NCBI GenBank assembly: GCA_951406725.2
Contig: CATOCA020000001.1
Span: forward strand, 11,284,001-11,348,000
Direction: 5' to 3'
Source: Octopus vulgaris
Taxonomy: Eukaryota
DNA: 64,000 nucleotides
This document shows, piece after piece, positions 39,808 to 52,819 of the stretch (positions are counted from its first letter, which is position 1; the number at the start of each line of letters is the position of its first letter). A program made the position numbers and the translations under genes. The notes beneath the pieces were generated by a model. That model ran no database searches, was not told the DNA's origin, and was given only the letters and a program-made list of their open reading frames with translations.

Positions 39808-40330
39808 TTAAAAATTGGGGTGGTTTATGGGATTACCCTGGGTTTCCCATTCATAAAAGGTTTAGCTTTGTACCGTATCGTAAGACCCCAAAACCTGTTG
39901 GCCTAAGAACTCTTCAAAATATGGAAGGGGAAAAGCCTGGGATTTACGTTTTCTGCAAACGATCCTTTTCAGCTCCCTAGCAAGAGATTATCCCAGTGAC
40001 CATGTGGTTCCTGTTAAATATCTCACCATCGAAGCGTTTCTACATATTCACTGAAACCACGGGTCTCCCATAAATATGAAAGAATTTGACCTCGGACACT
40101 CCAGCAATAACATCCCAACGTCATCCAACGAACTATACACCCGTATGCAGCTGGAAAAGCTATTGGACGTGATTAGGCGTATGAGGTGAACGGCTTTTCC
40201 ACCCTCCATATTTGGAAGAGGTCTTAGGCCAACAGGTTTTGGGGTCTAATGATACGCCATGAAGCTAAATCCTTTTTGGACCGGAAACCAAGGGTAATCC
40301 TGGAAACCGGCCTTCCCCAGTTTTAAAATA
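39808..40330. mobile_element. Old head-to-head inverted pair of Penelope 5' ORF fragments
   Basis: Inverted repeat 39808-39938 / 40192-40330. Plus frame from 40076: MKEFDLGHSSNNIPTSSNELYTRMQLEKLLDVIRRMR*TAF, like the NIP...IKRMRWKA N-terminus of Penelope ORFs. Confidence 0.6.
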
Positions 40331-41023
40331 TACACTGCTCTGCATCTTAGAGTGTGCTTCTTCTCCGGATTTATCTTTTCTACAAACAAAACATATATAT
40401 ATATATGTCATTATTCAGTTTAATTGCAGATATTCTATTTTTCACTTTATGTCAACATCCGTTGGACAGTTAATTTCCACAACTGTGAACAGTTTCTCTA
40501 TGTATGTATGTATGTATGTATGTATGTATGTATGTATGTCTGTCTGCACACACACACACACACACACGTTGTGATATAATTGTCATTTAGTCTACCTCAG
40601 GAATTTCAGGGTTTTTGAGTTTTATTACAAATGGGGGATTGGGAAATGGAGTATTGACCCATTTTGCATCGGACACTTGTGGGTTGGATACTGTACAATT
40701 GGATGTATTGCATCCTCCGGTGCAGATGCATCTCATCTGGTGTCTTGTTTTACAGGAGAAACCTCACTAAATATTATCGGTTTCGCTTGGCATGTTGTTG
40801 CCAGGAGGTTGTTGGCTATAATGCTATAATCCAAGAACCTACTGACAACAACAGCATACCAAGCGATACCGAGAACTCTCCCACCCGCAGGTAATCGTTG
40901 CAAGATGGGTCAAACCAATCGTTGTGATGAATAAAGTTTCTCGTGAACTTCATTTTACATTTTCCTCATTGAACAAATATATTTATATATCCAACAGTAA
41001 TGTATATAAACTTCTCTCACTCT

Positions 41024-41094
<71 letters not shown>

Positions 41095-41528
41095 TTGTGT
41101 GTGTATCTGTGTTTGTGTGTGTGCACGCGCATTAATTTCATGGTGGTGGACACTAACCACCTCAACAGTTTTATGAACCTCTTATGAATTATAGCAACAT
41201 CAAAAGTATACTTTAGAAATTTCAATTCTTCTTTACTAGTCTTGATCTGTTAATCATGTGTTCACTCGTGTTCAGTTCCCCTAAAACTTACTATAGTTAG
41301 GAATAAAGGTAGATTAAGCTGAAACAATCTATTTAGGACATCTTTATCCTGTCTAGAACACATTCTCATAGCAACATCTAGAGGATCTTACGAAGGTTGA
41401 TTTTACGGACAAACATCAAATGTACATGATCAGTTTGATCAAGTATACAGTAGAAGACAATAATGACACATTGATATCCATCCTGATTTTCATGTAAATT
41501 TTCATTTTCTATTTTTACTTCCACAAAG

Positions 41529-41738
41529 GGTTCAGTTCAGTTGGATATTCAGAATAAAAAGAAAATGATACCATTACTTGAAGCCGTTTCCCTGGGTCAC
41601 CTCGGAATGATACACAAGCTAATAGCCCTGGGTGCAAACATAAATGCTGTTGATAGTGAGGGTAACAGCTGTTTGCACGTTGCTGTGAAAACAGAAGTGT
41701 TTGATCCCGAGGATGCACCCTTGGATTTACTAAACGAA
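41529..41738 (+). CDS. Ankyrin/RING gene, exon 4
   Basis: aag|GSVQLDIQNKKKMIPLLEAVSLGHLGMIHKLIALGANINAVDSEGNSCLHVAVKTEVFDPEDAPLDLLNE|gtaaga, phase 0-0. Confidence 0.92.
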
Positions 41739-42348
41739 GTAAGATTTTAAATTGATTGCGTATATATATATATATGTGTTCGTATGTGTGTGTCTGTGAA
41801 TTTGTGTATTTGTGAGTCTTTGTGTGAGCGTGATAAAGAGACAGACAGACAGACAAACTTTGCTTGTCATGTATCAATTCTCCCCTATCACCCCTATCCT
41901 CCATTACCATTCCGTGATCCAGTCTCCCCTTATGACCCGAGTGATATTATGTAACAAACAATATTCCATCTCCTTTCACTCTCAAAGATGTCGTCTCACC
42001 ACGGTCGAGAGGTGACCCATCTCGGTTGTTGGCCATATAAACACAGCCATCACAATGTGACGGAGAAGTGGCCTATTTAATAGAGGAGATATTATTCTCA
42101 ATTAACAATGATGCAGGATAGAAGAGATGTCTCAGCTTTATAGTGCTGGTGCCATGGTAAATACATCCAGTCCATTCTATGAAGAATTCTGAGTGAAACT
42201 GCTCTCTATCCTACTTCTTGTACACGACATGAATCCACTGACTTCTTGTGGACATGTCATAACAATGTTCAATGTTAAGACACTAGAGAATGAATACAAT
42301 AAAGCATGGTCCTTAGTGAGATTTCCTGTATTTAAGTTCTGTACTTAG

Positions 42349-42413
<65 letters not shown>

Positions 42414-43361
42414 CTCACACACACAAACACACACAAGTAATGATTTTCAGTTTGAGTATATATCTTGTAAAATGCTGTTTAAAGCCCGTTCACTATATTC
42501 GGCTATCTGATGTCAGCAACAGTATGGACTTTAATACTACTGGACTTTTTGCTGTCATCTTATAAATGAAGCAGTTTTTTATAATCCTTTTATTTTTCAA
42601 AATTAAGATAAACAAAGTACTTTTTTCTGTTAATCTAAAACATATTCTCCTTCATTTTCTACAATACTCTTCCATCTATCTGGTAGACTTGCAAGTCACC
42701 TCTTCCAAATTTCACTTGTCCGTGATTAAAAATACTCCTCCATTACTCTTCTGACTTGACACTAATTCCTGCTTCCTTTACTTTACTGTCATCATTCAAA
42801 GATGCTTCTTGCTTAATTATGGAAACATTATTGATATGTTTGGTTATGTTTGTGTGGTATTGACTTTGTTATGTTATAGGTGTTTTTGTTTCTGATATAA
42901 CTTATGTTCTTTCTTCTCATGTTGTGTTATATTTATATATACAATACTCTTTCTTATGGCCACATGGTCGCCTTTATCAAGCCAATTATATAGATAGGTT
43001 CTTGTTGGTTTGTTCTTCCTATATTTGATTTTTCTATTGAATATATTGTGATATTTGTGATTGACAAGTAAATATTTACTCATTAATTATCAATAAGCTT
43101 GATGTTAATCAATACGGTTTGTCCTGCTCTATGTAATGACAATATATTTAGAGGGTGTCTCAGTGTTGAAAATAAAGTAAAAACATGAAAATGGGAAATG
43201 GACTAAATTAAAGATTATGTAGGAACTCAATACTTTGTAATTGCTTTAATTGGTGGATAAACAACCTATGAGTAAATTTAGATGAACTTTTGTGTAATTA
43301 GGGGCATTTGTTTTGAATATTTGTGTAATATTGTCATCATTTTATATTTCATCATTTGTAG

Positions 43362-43537
43362 TGCTGCACTGCCCTTAACCTGAAAATAGAGGAAAGGCTC
43401 TCTGGTGTAGTGGTTGCGAGATATCTCGCCAACCAGGGAGCGGACTTTCATCATAAAAACAACAAAAATAACACACCATTGGACCTCATTAAGGACCCAA
43501 ATTTGAGAAAAAAATTAGAAGCATTTTTACCACCACC
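43362..43537 (+). CDS. Ankyrin/RING gene, exon 5
   Basis: tag|CCTALNLKIEERLSGVVVARYLANQGADFHHKNNKNNTPLDLIKDPNLRKKLEAFLPP|gtaagt, phase 0-2; resembles the last ankyrin region of mind-bomb proteins. Confidence 0.88.
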
Positions 43538-43595
43538 GTAAGTATCTCCTAGCAATGAAAAAAGATAAACCTGTACATTTTCTATTTTGTATATA

Positions 43596-44855
43596 ATCAT
43601 CATCATCACCATTTAGCGTCCGCTTTCCATGCTAGCATGGGTTGGACGGTTCAACTGGGGTCTGTGAAGCCAGAAGGCTGCATCAGAAGTCTGATCTGGC
43701 AGTGTTTCTACGGCTGGATGCCCTTCCTAACGCCAACCACACCGTGAGTGTAGTGGGTGCTTTTTACGTGCCACCCGCACAGGTGCCAGACGGAGCTGGC
43801 AAACGGCCCCGAACGGATGTTGCTTTTACGTGCCACCGGCACGGGGGCCAGGCGAGGCTGGCAACGGACACGAACGGATGGTGCTTTTACGTGCCACCGG
43901 CACGGGGGCCAGGCGAGGCTGGCAACGGACACGAGCGGATGGTGCTTTTACGTGCCACCGGCACGGGGGCCAGGCGAGGCTGGCAACGGACACGAACGGA
44001 TGGTGCTTTTTACGTGCCACCGGCACTGGTAACTCAGCTGCAATTTCCATTGATCGATTTCAATTCTGATCCTCACTTGCCTCAGCAAGGTCATCAGCAT
44101 AGAGGAGCTCCCAGGGGCATCCTGTCTTGAATTCCTCCGTTATTGCCTGGAGGACTATGATAAATAGGAGGGGGCTGAGGACTGAGCCTTGGTGGACCCC
44201 TACCTCTACCCGGAATTCTTCACTGTACTCGTTGCCAACCCCCACATTACTAGCAGCGTCCCTGTACATGGCTCGCACAGCTCTCACTAACCATTCATCT
44301 ATCCCTAGTTTCCTCATTGACCACCAGATAAGGGATCGGGGGACCCTGTAAAAGGCTTTCTCCATGTCAACAAAAGCCAGGTACAGGGGCTTATCTTTGG
44401 CTAGGTATTTCTCCTGGAGCTGCCTTACCAGGAATATAGCATCAGTGGTACTTTTCCCTGGCACGAACCCAAACTGCATCTCATCTAAACTAACTCTTTC
44501 TCTAATTAGTTGGGCTATGACCCTCTCCGTAACCTTCATCACCTGATCCAAGAGCTTGATACCTCTGTAATTATTTGTATCTAGGGCGTCACCTTTACCT
44601 TTGTAGCAGTTGACTATTATGCTGCTACACCAGTCATTGGGTATGACTCCTTCATGTATCACCTGATTAACTATACGGGTGACTAGGCTATAGCCGACAC
44701 TACCAGACATTTTGAGCATCTCTGCAGTGATTCCTGTTTGGCCTGGGGCTTTCCTTGTCTTCATGCTTCTAATTGCCTTAACTGCCAAGGAACTATCAAC
44801 TCGGATAGCTGGTCCCTCTGTTGGGTCAACATTCGGCAGACTCTCTTTATCCCAT
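43596..44855 (-). mobile_element. RTE-clade LINE fragment with internal deletion
   Basis: RT motifs KGKGD...NYRGIKLL, QFGFVPGKSTTDAIF, FVDMEKAF, GVHQGSVLSP, LYADDL, joined directly to a 3'UTR with 61-bp tandem repeats and a (GAT)n tail. Confidence 0.92.
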
Positions 44856-45364
44856 TCATTTTCTTTATCATGTTTATATGTTTATTTCGTTTTAATTCTA
44901 CCAATACATTATACTGTCGCTAGTGTTTTTGTCAAAGGTCACACAATAAACAATATGCAGTTCTCAGGAGATCAAAGAAAGAAAATGATTTTGATTACAT
45001 TCACATGTTTCGTAGTGTTGCCAGTTATACTTCACTGTCCATCAGCACCTTCCTCGCCTCGTTCCCTATTTTATAGATTTGTGATCAATAGGAAAATATA
45101 GATCTAAATAATGAAGTGAATGAATTCCATTTTGAAACTGTTACTTAGAATTAAGTGGAATTTATCTGTCTACCAACATCTTTTTCGCACTCTTCTAAGT
45201 CCGAATCAGTCAATATTACGAATGATTTCGAAGAAAAATAACCTACAAACACACACCAACAGTGTATATATTATATTTCTGCAAATACTGATGTAACATC
45301 GCCACATATCTTCATAGAAAAAAAAAACTGCCAGGAAACGTAAATAATTCAAATAACACATATA

Positions 45365-46654
45365 CGAGGGACGTTAAATAAGTAATGCCTCTTACCCACT
45401 TGCAGTTGTTTGATCTAGCTGAAATTTTGTCTGTGCAATTATTTATATCTCTATAGATTAAGTGGCAAATTACAGCTCTGAAATAATTGTGGTTTCTGAT
45501 TTACAGGTTTTTGAACCGAGTAAAGTGTGAAATGGAGCCTGTTGAGTGTCGAGCAGTGATCCGGTTTTTGTATTTGAAAGGACGCACACCACGGGAGACA
45601 TTTGATGAAATGAAAGTAACTTATGGTGATGATGCCCCATCATATGACCTTGTAAAACCCTGGCATCGTAAATTCAAACATGGTCGGAACTCTGTGGAAA
45701 CAGCTCCCAGATCTGGTCGCCCCCTTTCTGCCATTGATGAGGCATCTGTCCGTCAAGTTGAGGCTGCCATTTTGGAAGATCGACGCATAACAATTCGCCA
45801 AATAGCCCATCAGGTCAAGATTAGTACCGGGTCTGTGGAAACTATCATTCATGACCATTTGCATATGCAAAAGGTGTCTGCCAGATGGATTCCCAGGTTG
45901 CTCACACCTTTCCAGAAGCAAGAACGCGTCGAGTGCTCGAGGATGAATTTGGAGAGGTGCCAAGAAGATGAGTCAAAATTTTTGAAAAGACTGATTACAC
46001 AGGATGAAACCTGGGTCCATCACTATGATCCAGAGACCAAAGCCCAGTCAATGCAGTGGAAGCACCGTGACTCACCTCCTCCAAAGATGCAAGGGTGCAG
46101 CCCTTCGCTGGCAAGGACATGCTCATAGTCTTCAGGGACCAGGACGGAGTAGTGATGACAGATTTCCCGGCAATGGGTACCACAATTACAGGAGCCTATT
46201 ATGCTCCACTTTTGAGGAAATTAAGAGAAGCTATCAAAATCAAGAGGCGGGTCAAGATCAGAAAAATCCTCCTCCTCCTGCAGGACAACGCTCCGGTCCA
46301 CAACTCGCGTGTCGCCAGATCAGAAGCACAGGCGTGCGGCTATGAACTCCTCCCCATCCCCCTACTCTCCTGACCTTGAACCCTCTGATTTTCACCTCTT
46401 CCCAGCCATGAAGTTGTTTCTGAAGGGAAAGCGTTTCACAGATGATGCAGCCTTGATTTCTGAAGTCACGTCGTGGTTGGAGGACCAAGCTGGGGTCTTC
46501 TACAAAAACGGTCTTCAGAGCTGCATCAAACAATGGGAGAAATGCGTAACTCTGGGTGATTCCTATGTAGAAAAATACTAATAACTGTGCTAAGTTTCGT
46601 TGCTCTACTGCAATGGGAAGTGGGTCAGGGGCATTACTTATTGAACGCTCCTCG
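45365..46654 (+). mobile_element. Full-length mariner (DD34D), probably irritans-like
   Basis: TIRs CGAGGGACGTTAAATAAGTAATGCC / GGCATTACTTATTGAACGCTCCTCG, left TA intact, 1290 bp. Confidence 0.93.
45532..46581 (+). pseudogene. Mariner transposase with two frameshifts
   Basis: PRSGRP, WIPRLL, TQDETW, QDNA, YSPDLEPSDF; frame changes near 46085 and 46360. Confidence 0.92.
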
Positions 46655-46919
46655 AACCATTACTAGGTGTTTTAGTCGCCTTTCACTCCCGTATTTTATA
46701 ACATTTGGCAATTTCTTTGCCATACATCTCTCTGTATTAGCTACTTAAGAAGCAGACACATTTCCCCCTCAGCGAATATACAAAACTTTCTTTGTCTGTT
46801 GAAATTCAGATATTGTTTATAGATATTGATTTTTGGACTGTATAAATATTGTTCTGCTTTATTCAATTGACAAGCTTCAGAAGATTTTATTTGCTTTTAC
46901 AAATAATCGTTTATGTGAA

Positions 46920-46982
<63 letters not shown>

Positions 46983-47047
46983 TATTATTATTATTATTAT
47001 AACAACAACAACAATAATAATAATAATAATTATAATAAAAATAATAA

Positions 47048-47108
<61 letters not shown>

Positions 47109-47656
47109 TGGAAGCTATGCCAACATTATGGAATAACAACAGAAAAAAGATGGTATAGGCACACACCAGAAAAGGTCACAGAAAACGAGAAAGCAACCAT
47201 ACTCTGGGATATGCCGATACACACAGATAGAGAAATTAAGGCCAACAGACCAGATATAGTTGTCAGAGATCATGAAGAAAAAAATGCTTTCTTATTGATG
47301 TATCAATACCGGCAGATGACAATGTGTCTCTAAAAGAAATGGAGAAACTCTCAAAATACAAAACCTGGAAATAGAGGTAACTAGAATGTGGAATCTGAAA
47401 ACAGAAACAATTCCTATCATAGTAGGTGCATTAGGCATGATAAAAAAATATTCAGACAAATACATAACAAAAACACCAGGACTTACAAACACATATAACA
47501 TACAGAAAATTGCACTACTAGGCACTGCACACATCCTACGCAGAACACTTTCCATACAATAACCATCAGAGCATCACAACAAATCACAGCACATACCCAA
47601 GGCACACAGAGCTGCGCTCGGTAGTGAAGTGAAAGCACGCTATAAAAATAAAACTA

Positions 47657-47660
<4 letters not shown>
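47109..47660 (+). mobile_element. Dong/R4-like RLE retrotransposon 3' end in (TAA)n
   Basis: WKLCQHYG...ILWDMPIHTDREIKANRPDIVV...PIIVGALG...IQKIALLGTAHILRRTL; (TAA)n on both sides. Confidence 0.85.
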
Positions 47661-47697
<37 letters not shown>

Positions 47698-47810
47698 TAA
47701 TAATAATAATATGTCTACAGATCGCAGCTGATATTATTGGAAAGGGGCAAAATAAGGGACAGAAAACTAGAACTACATGCACGATACATATAATAAAGCC
47801 TCCCAAAATC

Positions 47811-48197
47811 ATGGTGGAAAATATCTCATCAGCATTGCCCAAATGATGTTGGCATCAGCTTTAAGATATACCCAAGGCCTGGGCCCCGTATTATCTGCCC
47901 ACAACATAAATCAAACTCGCATCACATAACAACAATACGGCAAAATTAATTCACCTCAAGTGGCCCCACTCCATTTAGCATGACACCAAAATACATTAAA
48001 GCAGAAAAAGACTCCCATAAAGTTCAAGAAGTATTTGGAAAAATCCTTCAAGAAATCCCGGATAAAACTCCAACACCAGGACATGTCCCCGTAAACAGCA
48101 ACTCTCTTCTCGAGTGGGTCATGTTGTTCGCATCCTGATTCGCCCTGTAGTGGGATTACATTAAACATGACCTGCGCTAATGCTGGCGCGACCTATC
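47811..48197 (+). mobile_element. Older diverged 3' fragment of the APE-RT LINE family
   Basis: Colinear with 52493-52890, with many substitutions. Confidence 0.8.
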
Positions 48198-48200
48198 ATG

Positions 48201-48257
<57 letters not shown>

Positions 48258-48589
48258 ATATATATATGGATTAACTGTTGAAGTGGACGGACGTCTATTT
48301 GTTTCTCTCCCAAGTCAGTAGCAAGCTACACAGCTTCAAAACTAACTGACCTTAAATATATATATATTTGTAACCACGTGTTTGCCTACAAACCCGTAAG
48401 TACGTTTTCATTTAACTACAAATTGTTATATACACCTGTTTTTCTTTTAATATCCTCAAACAACCAAATAATCAAAAACTCACACCCTTAAGAGAGAACA
48501 TTTAAATATATATACACTTCTTTAACTCCCAAGAAAGAATATATATATTTTCAAAAATCAAAAGGAAAACAAACAAAAGAAAAACAAAC

Positions 48590-49580
48590 ATGACTAACTT
48601 GCAGGCCTGCAACAGACGAAATTGGTCTGATAACGAAATTGATGTTTTAATAAACACATGGTTCTCTCTTTCCCAAACAGAAAATCTAAATGTTTTGTGT
48701 TTGAATGAGATTGCCGAAAAAACATCACAAGTGGTCAACACACGATCCGTCAAACAGATTCGTAACAAGCTGAAACATATAGAAGTATCTTTCAAACTGA
48801 CAAAAGGCCATTTTGAAAAGCTTCTTCATATTTTCACAGTTCAAGAACAGCAACAGCTAGAAAATCAGCAGCCACAACAACAACAACAACAGAATGAGCC
48901 ACTCCTGGTTCCCAGCACAATGGCTGACCCTAACATCGGTCAAGCACGACAACAACAACAACAGCCACAGCAACAAGAACAACAACAGCCACTCCTCAAC
49001 TCTAGCTTACTAGACGATTCACTAAATGCCAGTATCTTTTCACCGCTCTCACAGCAACCACCACAATTATCATCATCATCATCACCACCGCTGCCACCAT
49101 CGTCTTCTATCACCAAAAATACCAACAGAAAACCAAATAAGAAACCATTGCCCTCTTCCCCCACATCACCACCTCAATACTACTGCAGTAACAAAAACTT
49201 AAAGAAACATAGGAAGCAGAATGCGCCCCCACGGCACAAACAAGAAATCCCCAAATATGCCGCTATTCACTGCGCCAGAGACTCTGCACAAATAGTGACT
49301 GCATCTTCACGCATCTACCCGGCACTAGACGCACTACCGGCCAAGGCCAAAGCACGCATCCCACAATAACATCAACACCACCAAATAGTAAATCGAAATT
49401 CAAAACACACACAACTCGGAGTCCCAAAATCTGCCGGTATTCCCAACGTGAGAGAACATGTCTACTGAGTGACTGTCCCTTCACTCATCTTCCAGGGACC
49501 CGACGCACAAACAGAAACGGGGCTTCAAGCCAACACACAAACCTGAATAAAAATAAAAATAGAAACACACCATGCTGAAG
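48590..49580 (+). pseudogene. LINE ORF1: Myb/SANT-like N-terminus, polyQ/SP linker, two CCCH fingers (frameshifted)
   Basis: RRNWSDNEIDVLINTW...NEIAEK...RSVKQIRNKLKHI; CRYSLRQRLCTNSDCIFTH; CRYSQRERTCLLSDCPFTH. Confidence 0.75.
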
Positions 49581-49787
49581 TAATGCTGGTCCAGTCTTTT
49601 CAGGAAGACACAAAAACAACAACAACAAAAGTGGAAACTACAACCCTATCCAACAGTGCAACCACACCTCCAGCCAAAAACTGCTCCCTAAGCAGGAAAA
49701 TTCTTTTTTAGCCATGTTGAACATGGCAAAAGAGATACACAAAAACATTCTAGCCATCACTCAACACCATCCTATGCTATTACCCCA

Positions 49788-52700
49788 GTGCACCAATTCC
49801 CCACATTGCTGCCACTAACACACACAAAAAATCCAAGCCCCCTGCAACAGTCAAAACCAGCCACTACACTAACCTCCACATTCCTACTCAATGCACAAGG
49901 TGTCAGCCCTTCCATCAATGCACAAAAATGGAAGGTTCAATTCATTGAAGACTGGGTTGGTAACCATTCACACCACATACCTTTCTTCATTCTCACTGAG
50001 ACCCACCTTGACAACTCCCACTTGGAGGCCGAAGTGAGAGTGAAGAATTTCACAACCATCCGCGCGGATCGTATCGGCAGGAGGAAGGGTGGAACTGCCA
50101 TTTTCCTGCATGATTCATTTACGGCAGATGGAAATAGTATATTCTCCAACGGCTACTGTGAATCAGTCACCGTGCACAACAAAGCCAATGACCTGACAGT
50201 AATTGGGCTCTATAGGCTGCCCCAAACACCCATACTGTGCTTTAAAGAATGCCTCAACAGCATTAAGTGCTTTATTCAACAGTGCCATTCTAGCAACATA
50301 CTCATGATGGGAGACTTCAATCTACCCTGTGTTGACTGGACTACAAACTGTTTGAAACCAAGCACTCCCGCATCAACCGCTGACAAAGAAGCAGCAGAGT
50401 CACTTTTCGACTTTACGAATGAGTTTTTCTTGTCCCAACTTGTCCTTGCACCAACAAGACATCAGAACATTTTGGACCTAGTGTTTAGTAACCACACTAA
50501 CACTATACATAACGTTACAGTGGAAAAAACCCTTCTTTCAGACCATGACATGGTTCTCTGTAACATGAAATTCCACCAGCCGAAAGCTAATCCTAGTGAC
50601 CTTCCTCCAGCCCACCCATTTGACAACATGGATCTCCATAATGCCAACTGGGATGCAATCAGAAACGAGCTATCACATGTTGACTGGTCCTTTACACATA
50701 CACACATCTCCACCAACCATAAAACATCTTGGCAGATCTTTGTAGACACCGTCACAGACATATGTGCAAAACACTCCCCACCAAGACCTGTGAACAAAAA
50801 GTGCAGAATCCCCCAAAACAGAAAAACCATTATCAGAAAAATAAAAAGAACAAACAAAAAAATTAACAAACTAAAGTACTGCCAACAGCAACACACACAT
50901 TCGACGGCTATCGCACTGCTTGAATCCAAAAAATATAACCTCCAACAATGCATGAAGACCCTCATCAATAACCAAAGATCAGCTGAGGAGAAGTGGGCCA
51001 TTGAAAAAATCAAACTCAACCCCAAAGTGTTCTTTTCATTTGCGAGGGAATGCAGGGTCACTGTCTCCACTGTAGGCCCTCTAATTGACGAAACTGGCAC
51101 TCTCCAAGATAATGCCAAATCCATGGCCGAGATACTGCAGAAACAATACTGCTCTGTTTTCAGCAATCCTGATATGGCCGATCTGGGCTGTATCAGTGAT
51201 GTCACCCCAACACACTATATCGGACATAACGTTTAGTGCCCCTGATGTCTTAGCGGCGATAAACGAAATAAAACACAATTCAGCAGTAGGCCCCGATAGG
51301 TTCCCTGCTTGTGTCCTGAAGGTGTGTCGACACCAACTTGCATCTCCCCTTGCTAATCTGTGGAGAAACTCACTGGATGCTGGCTATATTCCAAAAACCC
51401 TTCTGTCCCAGTCTGTTGTCCCAGTTTTCAAAAAGGGAAACAAGTCCCTTGCAGTGAATTACCGTCCGATCTCACTCACCTCTCATATCATCAAGGTATT
51501 TGAGAGGGTGGTGAGATCTCGAATAACCCAATTTCTGGAAAGCAACAGACGGCTGATCTCCAACCAACATGGGTTCCGTAATGGAAGGGACTGCCTAACG
51601 CAGCTCCTGCATCACTTTGAGGACATTTTGAGAGCTTTGGGAGAGGGCTCCAACACCGATGTCATCTACCTTGATTTCAGTAAGGCCTTCGACAGGGTCG
51701 ATCACAAGATCCTATTGAAAAAACTATCCAACATTGGTGTCTCTGGAAAGTTACTGAAATGGATCAAGTGTTTCCTGACAGACAGATCTCAACATGTTGT
51801 AGTTGAAGGGGTAAAATCAAGCCCAGCCAAAGTCAGTAGTGGCGTTCCGCAAGGCACTGTGCTGGGCCCACTTCTTTTCATCATTTACATTAATGACATT
51901 AATGACATCATCAAGCACAGCAACATAAAAATTTTTGCAGATGACTACAAGCTACAGAAGGTCATAAATGAGGCGAGTGACCGGACATGCCTTCAGTCAG
52001 ATCTACTGGCTGTTATCCAATGGGCAAAAAAACAATATGCTGCTGAACGAGGATAAATTTGAGCTAATCCACTTTGGAAAAGAGGATGCCCTGAAACTCC
52101 CATACTCCCTTCCTTCAGGTGAAACTCTCGCGGCGTCCAACAACATCAGAGACTTGGGAGTAATTGTGGACAACAACATAAGCTGGGCCACTCATATAAA
52201 CACCAAAGTTGACATGGCCCGCAGAATGTGTTCCTGGATTCTCAGAACTTTCCAGTCGAGAGATATCCACACCATTATCCTTCTCTTCTTCACTTTTGCC
52301 CGACCCCACCTTGAATACTGTTGTCCACTGTGGTCTCCCCACACAATACAAGGTATCATAAAAGTTGAAGCACCTCAAAGGGCAATCACAAAAAAGATAG
52401 ATGGCATGACAGGCCTCGACTATTGGGGTCGACTAGAAAAGCTAAAACTCTATTCTCTCCAACGTCGTCGTGAGCGCTACATCATCTGCATGATGTGGAA
52501 AATATTCCATCAGCATTGCCCAAATGATGTTGGCATCACCTTCAAGGTACATCCAAGGCTTGGGCCCCGTGCCATCCGCCCAAAACAAAAATCGCACTCT
52601 CATCTCATGACAACAATACGGCACAATTATTTCACCTCAATTGGCCCCGCTCTCTTTAACATTACACCAAAACACATTAAAACAGAAACTGACCCTATAG

Positions 52701-52819
52701 GGTTCAAGAAGTCTTTGGACAGATTCCTTCAAGAAATCCCGGATAAACCCCCTACACCCGGATATGTCTCTGTAAACAATAACTCTCTACTTGAGTGGGC
52801 CATAGTGCCCAAATTCTGA
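49788..52819 (+). pseudogene. LINE ORF2 (APE endonuclease + RT), two 1-nt frameshifts
   Basis: Three overlapping ORFs. Breaks near 51204 and 52030 at positions that are intact in copies 1 and 2. Confidence 0.92.

Noticed and set aside
43760-44030. CRISPR-like regularly spaced repeats
   Set aside because: Units are tandem with identical 'spacers' inside an RTE 3'UTR; eukaryotic context with no cas genes.
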